Assembly: GCA_028867755.1 (NCBI GenBank)
Contig: JAGWFT010000001.1
Span: 964,727-1,028,726, forward strand
DNA from: Nitrososphaerota archaeon
GTDB taxonomy: Archaea > Thermoproteota > Nitrososphaeria > Nitrososphaerales > Nitrosopumilaceae
Direction of reading: 5' to 3'
Length of the DNA stretch: 64,000 nucleotides
The first letter of the stretch is position 1; every line of letters starts with the position of its first letter. Shown in pieces: positions 56,810 through 64,000 of the stretch. The position numbers and the translations under genes were made by a program. The notes below the pieces were generated by a model, which had not been told where the DNA came from, did no database searches, and saw only the letters and a list, made by a program, of their open reading frames with translations.

Positions 56810-57613
56810 CTAAATAATTTTCTGATGTTTGTAGAGTGCATATGCTATTACTAGATAGCCGGCATAATAACACATGTTCATTGGATGAGTCAGAGTGTAT
56901 TGATCAAATGTATCCAAGTAACCATACCAAATATCGCCTGTGGTAGTAAGTATGATTCCAATTAGTAGAACTAACCATGCAACCCCCAGCACTCCCTGTC
57001 TGAATATTCTTGCACCCAACATTGTTCCTGAGAGTACAATAGAAGACAAAACTACGTAAGTTAAACCACTAAAGAATGTTAAATCAGGATGCCCAATTTT
57101 ACTATAGGACAAGTAACTATACACTGATGTAATCACTATTGGAATAGCTACTACCCATGCTTTTGTCAAATACCCAATTTTTGGCTTGAAGAATCGTATG
57201 TTTGAGATGAGGTGAACTAGAACTAGTGGATAAAATGAATAAAAAACAATGTCAGCTGCGGTAAAAGTCGTATCCATTCCCAAAGTATCGTAAACTCCAT
57301 AGATGATTTCTCCGCCTGCGTTCATGGCAAGAGCTAATGCCAAAGCAAGATATGCTTTGCCAAAAACTTTTGATCCTTTGTATTGTTTTGCCACATAAAA
57401 TCCAAACACTGTTGCAATTGATGGATTGATAATGGATACAATATCTAGTAGTCCTGATGCGTCATCAGGTTTTGGAAATGCGTAGTAAAGATATGCTTGA
57501 AAGGATACGATTAGTATAGCTATTGAAATTAAAATTTTATAATTTATTTTACTTGTAAGTCGTTCTGGTACAACCTCTGGCGTCTCTGAGTCTTTTTTAT
57601 TCCACCGTAACAA
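56810..57613 (-). CDS. Multi-pass (7-8 TM) membrane protein, sensor-domain-like
   Basis: GKAYL, TAADIVFYSFYP, GVAWL, GDIWY, QYTLTHPMN; paralog of 54306..55109. Confidence 0.8.
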   Translation of the reverse strand: MLRWNKKDSETPEVVPERLTSKINYKILISIAILIVSFQAYLYYAFPKPDDASGLLDIVSIINPSIATVFGFYVAKQYKGSKVFGKAYLALALALAMNAGGEIIYGVYDTLGMDTTFTAADIVFYSFYPLVLVHLISNIRFFKPKIGYLTKAWVVAIPIVITSVYSYLSYSKIGHPDLTFFSGLTYVVLSSIVLSGTMLGARIFRQGVLGVAWLVLLIGIILTTTGDIWYGYLDTFDQYTLTHPMNMCYYAGYLVIAYALYKHQKII

Positions 57614-58232
57614 GATGCTTTTCGCCCCTTAGCATCTGGATCATCATGCTGTTGCTGATAGATTCTTTTGTGAGTTGAACTTGCACTATTACTTTGTTTT
57701 TTTCTATCTGGATTCTAATATTTTCAAAGATTGATGCATATTTGCTTACTTTCTTACCATCCTGCGTAAATTCGTGTCCATTCACTACGAGAAATCCATC
57801 TTGGATCAACTTGTTGATTTTTCTATAGCCTGATGTCTGAGGAATATTGCAGGTCTCCAAAATATCTGAAATTATCTTGGGCTGGTCAAGTACGGCATCT
57901 ATTATGTTTTTTTTATCGTCATCACCAAATGACATTAAAATTAATTTGGCTAGATACCGATCTTCAATAGTAATCCATTCTTTAGCCTCCTTCTTAGCAC
58001 GTTCTATTGTCATCATGTGCTGTAAGAACTGTCTTTCTATGCCTTCTGCCCCATCGCCAAAAAATTCTCTTAAGACAGAATCTAGTTTGGGAAAATCTTC
58101 TGTTGCGTTAGTAAGATTTATTCCATATTTTTCAAAGAGTCTCTGTTCTATTTTATCAACTGTTTTCTGACCTAGATTATTTTTTACAATATCTCCTAGG
58201 GATTTCCCAATAAGGCTGTCGAATCCAGGCAT
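57597..58232 (-). CDS. DUF3227/NitrOD-like domain fused to a winged-helix DNA-binding domain
   Basis: LGQKTVDKIEQRLFEKYG...VLREFFG N-domain; IPQTSGYRKINKLIQDGFL wHTH. Confidence 0.8.
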   Translation of the reverse strand: MPGFDSLIGKSLGDIVKNNLGQKTVDKIEQRLFEKYGINLTNATEDFPKLDSVLREFFGDGAEGIERQFLQHMMTIERAKKEAKEWITIEDRYLAKLILMSFGDDDKKNIIDAVLDQPKIISDILETCNIPQTSGYRKINKLIQDGFLVVNGHEFTQDGKKVSKYASIFENIRIQIEKNKVIVQVQLTKESISNSMMIQMLRGEKHLVTVE

Positions 58233-58327
58233 GCATTTCTTGTGAGTATATGCTTAAAATGCAGTTGTATGTCATTCAAAAATGTGACAAGGCTTATTTA
58301 TCGATCTGTATTTCCCAAATATGGGAA

Positions 58328-58837
58328 ATGAGCAGGCTAATTATCGATGAAAGTAATCTTAGGAGTCTTCCAGTCAGTGAACGATTAGATAAATGCCTAG
58401 GAATACTAATGAAAGAAACAGATGAATCTCTTAGATGGGATGCTGTATGGTTAGCAGGTGAAATAGCTGAGATCAGTGGACCTGATGATCCTATCTTTGG
58501 TAAAGTATCTGATCTAATGGCATGGGTTTTAAAAAATGAAGCAAACGGGGTTGTCAAGCATGAAGCTTGTTATCAAATTGCTGCTAGGAACATGAGGGAA
58601 AAGATCCCAGACCTGATCGATGTTGCGTTAAAAGATCCTAGCATTATAGCACGACATGAGTCTATCGAGTCGCTAGGCTTGATGCGTGCTTTTGATACTA
58701 AGGAGATGCTTGCAAGAGCTACAAACGATCCAAATCCAGATGTAAAGGAAACCGCCCTTTTTGTACTAAAGAGATTGGAAAGATTGGAAAAACTAGAGGA
58801 AAATAAAAAAACCTATCAACCATCCAACATTCTCTGA
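58328..58837 (+). CDS. HEAT-repeat protein resembling one half of deoxyhypusine hydroxylase
   Basis: VVKHEACY...IPDLIDV...ARHESIESLG; probable ATG at 58328 (ORF track start 58250). Confidence 0.7.
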   Translation: MSRLIIDESNLRSLPVSERLDKCLGILMKETDESLRWDAVWLAGEIAEISGPDDPIFGKVSDLMAWVLKNEANGVVKHEACYQIAARNMREKIPDLIDVALKDPSIIARHESIESLGLMRAFDTKEMLARATNDPNPDVKETALFVLKRLERLEKLEENKKTYQPSNIL

Positions 58838-58879
58838 AGAATTCAAATTTTATCCGATTAATTATTGGTATTCTATGAA

Positions 58880-59401
58880 TTAACGCTGCTCAATTTTTGG
58901 CAATTTTGGAAACCTCACTTCTCGCAAAACAGTATAGGGTGTTTTCTTTGATTCGTCTGGTAGGATCAAATCTGTGTTGTCTGCAAAAGATGCGATCTCG
59001 TCGAAGATTTTGTTTATCTCCATATCTTTTTCTAATCTTTCCAGATATTTTTCACTCCATTCCCAATTGCTATCAGGATTGCAAGAATACACTATCCAAT
59101 GAAATTTACCTTCTACAAATAATATGTCAAAAGGATACGCTCTACAATCAAATGGTCTTTGTTCATATATACTACATAATTTTTTTTCTTCATTCCAAAA
59201 AACACAATTAGAAGAGTTTTGTTTTTTTTTCAAAGCTTTGACTTTTCTGCCTTTGATATCAAGTTCTTGTATGTATAGGTCTTGAGCCTTGCCAATAGAT
59301 TTGAGTGCCTCAAAGTCAGTAGAAAAAACTAGAGGAACGGTTGAATCTGTACAGCATCCATGAGAGGCACAGTTATCACACAATCTCTTAAAACTAATCA
59401 T
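58880..59401 (-). CDS. YkgJ/CxxCxxCC-family Cys-cluster protein
   Basis: CDNC..HGCC, CVFW....LCSIYEQRPFDCRAYPF; probable ATG at 59401. Confidence 0.88.
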   Translation of the reverse strand: MISFKRLCDNCASHGCCTDSTVPLVFSTDFEALKSIGKAQDLYIQELDIKGRKVKALKKKQNSSNCVFWNEEKKLCSIYEQRPFDCRAYPFDILFVEGKFHWIVYSCNPDSNWEWSEKYLERLEKDMEINKIFDEIASFADNTDLILPDESKKTPYTVLREVRFPKLPKIEQR

Positions 59402-60440
59402 GTTCCTTAATCTCATGTGTAGCACTTTGTTTTATTCCAACTAGCCTATTTCTAAGTAGATACAAGCCCACAAATGCGGTGGATACTGAAATTACATTTG
59501 TTATGGAAATTGTTTCGTGTAGAAATATGACAGAAAAGACTACTCCAAATGCAGAATTTATTGAATAAATCAAAATTGTTCTAACTGCGCCTATTAGTTT
59601 AAGACCTGTAACAAATAATGCTGTAGAAAGACCAATGCTGACAACACCAATTATTGCAATAGGAGGTATCTGAAGAGGGTTTATGTCTAATTTGATCTGT
59701 AATGCCAAGATGAGGCCTAGGGCAAAGCCTGCTGCCATAAATGAGGCAAGTTGGGTGATTCTTTGAGAACCTATTCTCTCGCTAACATACTTTGACATGT
59801 TAATATCAAGTGCCCAAAACAATCCTGCTGTAAGTAGAAGGATATCTCCTAGTACAAGTTTAGTCATCATCAAGCCATTGCTATAAATGTCATATCCAAC
59901 TGGTAATGCAATCATGCCAACTGTTATCATGGAAAATGGCAGTCGTTCCATTTTTTGTAATCGTTCACGAAAAACAATAATTGCAATTAATAGTGAAAAC
60001 AAAATCTCGCCATTATTTAGAACTGAGGCGTTTATTGCTGTAGAGTCATGCAAACCATAGAAATATGTAATGAGTGCAGAGCCTTCTGCAATACCTATAA
60101 AAATTAGCAAAATCAGATCTTTCTTTTTAATTTGTAAGATGGAATGGTTTTTTCTTGCAAGAGTGGTAAAAAAAATACCATTAACAATGAAGATAACAAA
60201 AGATATTGTAATAGGATTAAGATTGGATATGTCTAAAGTATCTGGAACTAGGAATGCCTTTGAAAGAATTTGACGAAAAGCTTCTAGTGTTGCAGCAATG
60301 ATAACTGCAATATATCCTAGTTTTGTGCTAGAGAATAATCCGGTATGATCGCTTCGAATTTTATCTATTCCTCCGGGTATCCCCATATTCGGAAATAACC
60401 TGGCAACCTTAATAACCTTAAATAGTACCTGTATTGACAA
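59394..60440 (-). CDS. DMT/EamA-family transporter
   Basis: About 10 TM, AINASVL, IFRERL, GDILLL.A..FWAL, FLHETI; start may be internal (MGIPGG). Confidence 0.88.
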   Translation of the reverse strand: MSIQVLFKVIKVARLFPNMGIPGGIDKIRSDHTGLFSSTKLGYIAVIIAATLEAFRQILSKAFLVPDTLDISNLNPITISFVIFIVNGIFFTTLARKNHSILQIKKKDLILLIFIGIAEGSALITYFYGLHDSTAINASVLNNGEILFSLLIAIIVFRERLQKMERLPFSMITVGMIALPVGYDIYSNGLMMTKLVLGDILLLTAGLFWALDINMSKYVSERIGSQRITQLASFMAAGFALGLILALQIKLDINPLQIPPIAIIGVVSIGLSTALFVTGLKLIGAVRTILIYSINSAFGVVFSVIFLHETISITNVISVSTAFVGLYLLRNRLVGIKQSATHEIKEHD

Positions 60441-60477
60441 ATCGAGAAAGTAGTCTCAACTAAGTGTCCTAAAACAC

Positions 60478-60828
60478 GTGATAGGTGTCTGTTTTTTGTC
60501 GATACTTACATCTCATTATATGATTTTATGTTGCGATTATCATAATTTGAGTAAAAAAGTCAGGGAATTCAGTAAGCTCGGCTTAGGATGTGCATTTATT
60601 GGTATTTTAGTACTTTTTGCATTTCTGAATCACAACAGCTCTGGTTTTTGGCCGACAAATCAAATTAGTTGGAATACAATCGAAAAAACCCTCAGAAATG
60701 ATACTAGTGTAGATGGTTCTGCCCAAGAATATGCTGTGTTAATGGCTGCATGGATTCTTCTCATGGTTATTGGAAGTTATCTGTTTGTACACATTCATTT
60801 CCGAGTTCTCAGGGAGGAAAAAAGATAG
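60478..60828 (+). CDS. Small membrane protein
   Basis: 2-3 hydrophobic segments. Confidence 0.55.
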   Translation: MIGVCFLSILTSHYMILCCDYHNLSKKVREFSKLGLGCAFIGILVLFAFLNHNSSGFWPTNQISWNTIEKTLRNDTSVDGSAQEYAVLMAAWILLMVIGSYLFVHIHFRVLREEKR

Positions 60829-60939
60829 TTGTTTATTGCTTATGAGTGTAAAGCACATGAACACACTAAGTGTATGACAATACCTTGTGATTGTCAATGC
60901 CATAAGATTGATTTGAAGTCTTGTGCTTGGAAAAATTAA
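60829..60939 (+). CDS. 36-aa Cys/His-rich peptide (not in ORF track)
   Basis: (M)FIAYECKAHEHTKCMTIPCDCQCHKIDLKSCAWKN*; TTG start with AGGGAGG SD at 60811-60817. Confidence 0.6.
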   Translation: MFIAYECKAHEHTKCMTIPCDCQCHKIDLKSCAWKN

Positions 60940-60963
60940 ACAGATATAACAAAAATAATGTAT

Positions 60964-61299
60964 TTATGGAAATTTGAGGGTTGATTTTTCTAATTCAATT
61001 ATTGGGATATATAGTGACATTCCATCATTGCCTATCTTATCTACAAAATTAAATTCTCCGCTTAGTCTCTTCAGTTCTATGAATTTCTTTGGAGGCTTAT
61101 CCTTATTGATGAGGTAGTGTATCACTAATCCACCAACTGTACCAGTTTGAAGAAAAACTATGTCTTGATTGTTATAATTAATGTGATAAATCAGAGGCAC
61201 TACTCCAAGTACAGATTGCGATGAGTATAAAATTACTTTTAAAAGATCATCATAATTTTTGTATTTCATGTATGTAGTTATTGATTCTGTAGAGTCCAT
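60964..61299 (-). CDS. Hypothetical protein
   Basis: 111 aa, globular, ATG. Confidence 0.75.
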   Translation of the reverse strand: MDSTESITTYMKYKNYDDLLKVILYSSQSVLGVVPLIYHINYNNQDIVFLQTGTVGGLVIHYLINKDKPPKKFIELKRLSGEFNFVDKIGNDGMSLYIPIIELEKSTLKFP

Positions 61300-61446
61300 A
61301 GTGTCCTATTTCCATAATAACGCATTTAAACCTAAGGCGAGGTTTTTTCTGCCTTGGAAATGTAGAGAATTAGCTATTGGTATTACTATAATTACCAACT
61401 AATATTATAACAAAGGGTTCAACTAGTATTTCAAATTAGATTAAAC

Positions 61447-62025
61447 ATGTCAGTTGTAAGAACCGAAAAATTGGTAAAATCAGATAATAAAGAGCCCAAA
61501 AGATCGTATAAATCTAAGAATCAGAGGATTGCACGAACAAGAAGGCAACGCGGGTATAATTGGGAGGATACTCTGGTTAAAAGATTCAATTCGATAGATG
61601 GTTGGAAAGCCTTTCGATTGGGGTCTCCAAGCGTAGGATTGCCTGACATATTGGCAGTGAGCACAAAGGAAAACGTCATCTACACCATTGAGGCCAAGTC
61701 TGGTACAAGCACAACATTGTATGTTCCATATGACCAGATCCTACGGTGTTTGAAATGGATTCATACTTTTGAATTATACAAAACAAGAAAAATGATAATT
61801 GCATTCAAATTTTCATCAAAGAAGCGTATTGGTACAGGAAAATACGAACACAGAGAACTACGTGAATATTACAAAATATGGGATGAATCTTATCCTGTTA
61901 CTAATTTCGTATGTACTTATGATGGTATAACATATGCACTTTTAGATGGAAAAAGAAAACAGTTAGAGCTTAAAGACTACCACATGCCATTTCCTGTAAA
62001 AAATAATTCATTAACAAGAACCTAG
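61447..62025 (+). CDS. Archaeal Holliday-junction resolvase-like PD-(D/E)xK nuclease
   Basis: RGYNWEDTLV, GSPSVGLPDILAV, IEAKS Hjc/Hje pattern. Confidence 0.82.
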   Translation: MSVVRTEKLVKSDNKEPKRSYKSKNQRIARTRRQRGYNWEDTLVKRFNSIDGWKAFRLGSPSVGLPDILAVSTKENVIYTIEAKSGTSTTLYVPYDQILRCLKWIHTFELYKTRKMIIAFKFSSKKRIGTGKYEHRELREYYKIWDESYPVTNFVCTYDGITYALLDGKRKQLELKDYHMPFPVKNNSLTRT

Positions 62026-62074
62026 GAACATAGTGTGGGCAATACGGTGAGGTCAAGGGACAATAACTTCTTTA

Positions 62075-62458
62075 ATGACAATGTATAAAATCAGACTTAT
62101 GAGTTTTGAAGATTTTGTAGATGAGCGAAGTCTAGTAAGCCATGATGCTCTTGGAACAAAAGAAATCAAGCTTAAACTTCTAGAGGTGCAAGATGATACA
62201 TCAGATCATGTGTGGAGATTTGGGGTGCGTGTAAAAGTCAAGAAGATTCTAGTTACAATAAAACACATTAAAACACAACAAGTTGAAGAAGGAGAGTTTG
62301 ATCTGCAAGAAATTGAAAGAGAGATGAAAGAAAAACGGCATTATAGTTCTACAAACAGGTGGGTGCAGACAGCTGATATCAAAAATGGATATATCCTTAG
62401 TACTAGACATGCATCATTATTAGGCGATGCGGTGGCATTGGATTATATCGTCATCTAG
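62075..62458 (+). CDS. Hypothetical protein
   Basis: 127 aa, co-oriented with the resolvase gene. Confidence 0.75.
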   Translation: MTMYKIRLMSFEDFVDERSLVSHDALGTKEIKLKLLEVQDDTSDHVWRFGVRVKVKKILVTIKHIKTQQVEEGEFDLQEIEREMKEKRHYSSTNRWVQTADIKNGYILSTRHASLLGDAVALDYIVI

Positions 62459-63350
62459 TTAGAGATTTTAAAAATGAATCTGTTTTAATTGTTTGCCAGG
62501 AAAAAAACCCAGATTTATTTTCTAGTTTTCCCTCAAATAATACAAAGTTAATTCTTTGAATTCCATCTTTGTTTTTTACAATAAGTCGTTTTAGCGTGGG
62601 TTTATTTTTTAATGTTATATCTAATTTGATGCTTTGAAGATATTTTTCCAGAGCTGTTTTGTTATTCTGGCCTTTTTTTGGTTGAATGTATGGTATGTTG
62701 AGAACAGATTTTTGTGTTGTATTTTCAAGAATTAGTATCTTATTTTTTGTTCGTATCAATACACCAACGCATTTTAATATGAATTTATTTTTATTTGGCA
62801 CAAGAAAAGAATCAAAAATGTTCTTGTTGATTATGATCTTGTCTCTTGCAGGCTCTATGCTTGGACCTATGCTGAAATATCTGTTACGGTGATACACTAG
62901 GGGTTTTTCTGTGTCATTATATCTTATTGAAACAACTTTGCCTACTACCATGATGTGATCTCCTATTTTTTTGATCATGGTGAGGTCGCATTCTGCATTG
63001 ATAAGACAATTTGCAATTAACGGTATTTTCGTTTTCTTTGATTTTAGTAATTGAAATGAATTGTTGATACTTAGTTTGTCTATCTCTTTTCTTGAATATC
63101 CTCCGGCAATGCTGATAAGAGTGGCTTGCTTTTCTGATGCAACATTTATTCCAAATTGTTTCGTTTTTCTAATGTTCTCTAATGTGCTAGATCCTTCGTG
63201 AATAAACACTGCAATCAACATTGGCTCATATGAAATCTGCATGGTCCATTCAGCTGCCATGACATTTTGTCCATTTGGACCGTAAGAGGTGATAAAACTC
63301 ACTCCTGTCATGAAAAGCCGTTGCGCACTCTGAATGACTTTTTTATTCAT
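62451..63350 (-). CDS. Flavin-reductase-like (FMN split barrel) domain plus degenerate NUDIX-like C-domain
   Basis: TGVSFITS.G..GQNVMAAEW, TLENI, FGINV, ECD...GDH.MVVGKV, PLVYH. Confidence 0.8.
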   Translation of the reverse strand: MNKKVIQSAQRLFMTGVSFITSYGPNGQNVMAAEWTMQISYEPMLIAVFIHEGSSTLENIRKTKQFGINVASEKQATLISIAGGYSRKEIDKLSINNSFQLLKSKKTKIPLIANCLINAECDLTMIKKIGDHIMVVGKVVSIRYNDTEKPLVYHRNRYFSIGPSIEPARDKIIINKNIFDSFLVPNKNKFILKCVGVLIRTKNKILILENTTQKSVLNIPYIQPKKGQNNKTALEKYLQSIKLDITLKNKPTLKRLIVKNKDGIQRINFVLFEGKLENKSGFFSWQTIKTDSFLKSLTR

Positions 63351-63601
63351 ATTAGTTTGTCTTTATTGTGCTAAAATATTAGTCCTCCAGTTGAATTGCT
63401 AATTGGCAGGTTTAGTCTTGGGTTATCTTGTTTGTGGGAAGGTGGGTCTAAGAAATTCTGTTCTGTAAATACATAATGAGCACATAGTTTGGCTGCTTGA
63501 ATCATTCGTGCTTACCTGGTTATTGTATAGTGTTTTCAACCTCAAGATTAAGGCTAAATAGATAAGGTGAGGTTCAAAAACAAAACCTGAGGAGATGCTA
63601 T

Positions 63602-64000
63602 GTGGTCAAGAAAATAAAGAAAAAAAATGAAAAGATTAATTCTGAAAAAGAGCATCGTAAGGACAAAAATACAATAATCTCAATAGTGATAATAGTTACA
63701 GTAGTATCTACATTAGTAGTTATTTTTCATGGACTCAATAACACTCCAGCAAATTCTGGTCAAGCTGCAATAGTGGATGGAATCCAATGTGATAATGTAA
63801 CATCCTCCAATTTTCACATAAACGCACATTTGGATGTGTTTGTTGATGGAAAATCATATTTTGTTCCAGAAAAAATTGGGATTGTAAATGGTACTTGTTC
63901 ATATTGGATTCATACTACAGATAATACTGGAACCATAAACATCGAGGCTCCAATGAATGACAACTTTACATTAGGACAATTATTTGATATTTGGGAGGCT
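63602..64000 (+). CDS. Membrane-anchored secreted protein, truncated by the window end (not in ORF track)
   Basis: GTG start after GAGGAG; TM then VDGIQC..FHINAHLDVFVDG..VPEKIGI..CSYWIHTTDNTGTINIEAP..FTLGQLFDIW; open to 64000. Confidence 0.8.
   Translation, partial: MVKKIKKKNEKINSEKEHRKDKNTIISIVIIVTVVSTLVVIFHGLNNTPANSGQAAIVDGIQCDNVTSSNFHINAHLDVFVDGKSYFVPEKIGIVNGTCSYWIHTTDNTGTINIEAPMNDNFTLGQLFDIWEA

Noticed and set aside
60826-60831. Amber (pyrrolysine) read-through fusing 60478..60828 with the Cys peptide
   Set aside because: An SD motif upstream of the TTG supports independent initiation; no Pyl machinery is seen or expected in this lineage.
1-64000. CRISPR array, rRNA genes
   Set aside because: No regularly spaced 24-40-bp repeats with unique spacers and no rRNA-like sequence were seen; the palindrome copies are too few and irregularly spaced.

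Overview
Chromosomal window from an ammonia-oxidising archaeon (Nitrososphaerota/Thaumarchaeota, probably Nitrosotalea/Nitrosopumilales-like; this is inferred from archaeal ribosomal proteins, an ESCRT-III/CdvB paralog, proteasome alpha and thaumarchaeal-type small proteins). 1-16.6 kb is housekeeping: purQ-purL-purF-Lrp-purC, psmA, the rpl3 to rpl6 ribosomal cluster (rpl2 absent) and tRNA-Asn(GTT). 16.6-20.7 kb is an accessory stretch of small hypothetical genes plus a CdvB paralog, bracketed by three copies of a palindrome (TTTCTAAATTCGAATTTAGAAA), one of them a perfect 48-bp palindrome. 20.7-33 kb holds ccdA plus a redoxin, bioF-bioB-bioA/bioD with a BirA-like operator, purE and purK, and a ~1.87-kb tyrosine-integrase mini-element with 15-bp direct repeats carrying an unlisted C2H2 zinc-finger gene. 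34.5-51 kb is a complete type IV pilus locus (two pilins, LamG adhesin, assembly ATPase, TadC-like platform, Thr-rich surface protein, prepilin peptidase) interleaved with a CbbQ/MoxR AAA+-VWA pair, a KaiC-like ATPase, a TrmB regulator and an arcadin-1-like protein. 51-64 kb holds NTP transferase-LLM-thiolase-DUF35, two repeats of a 'soluble helical domain + multi-TM protein' module around a second TrmB, a half-length DOHH-like HEAT protein, an EamA transporter, an Hjc-like nuclease and others. Several small genes below the ORF-track cutoff were read by hand. No CRISPR array or rRNA was seen. All family assignments come from motif recognition; no database search was run.
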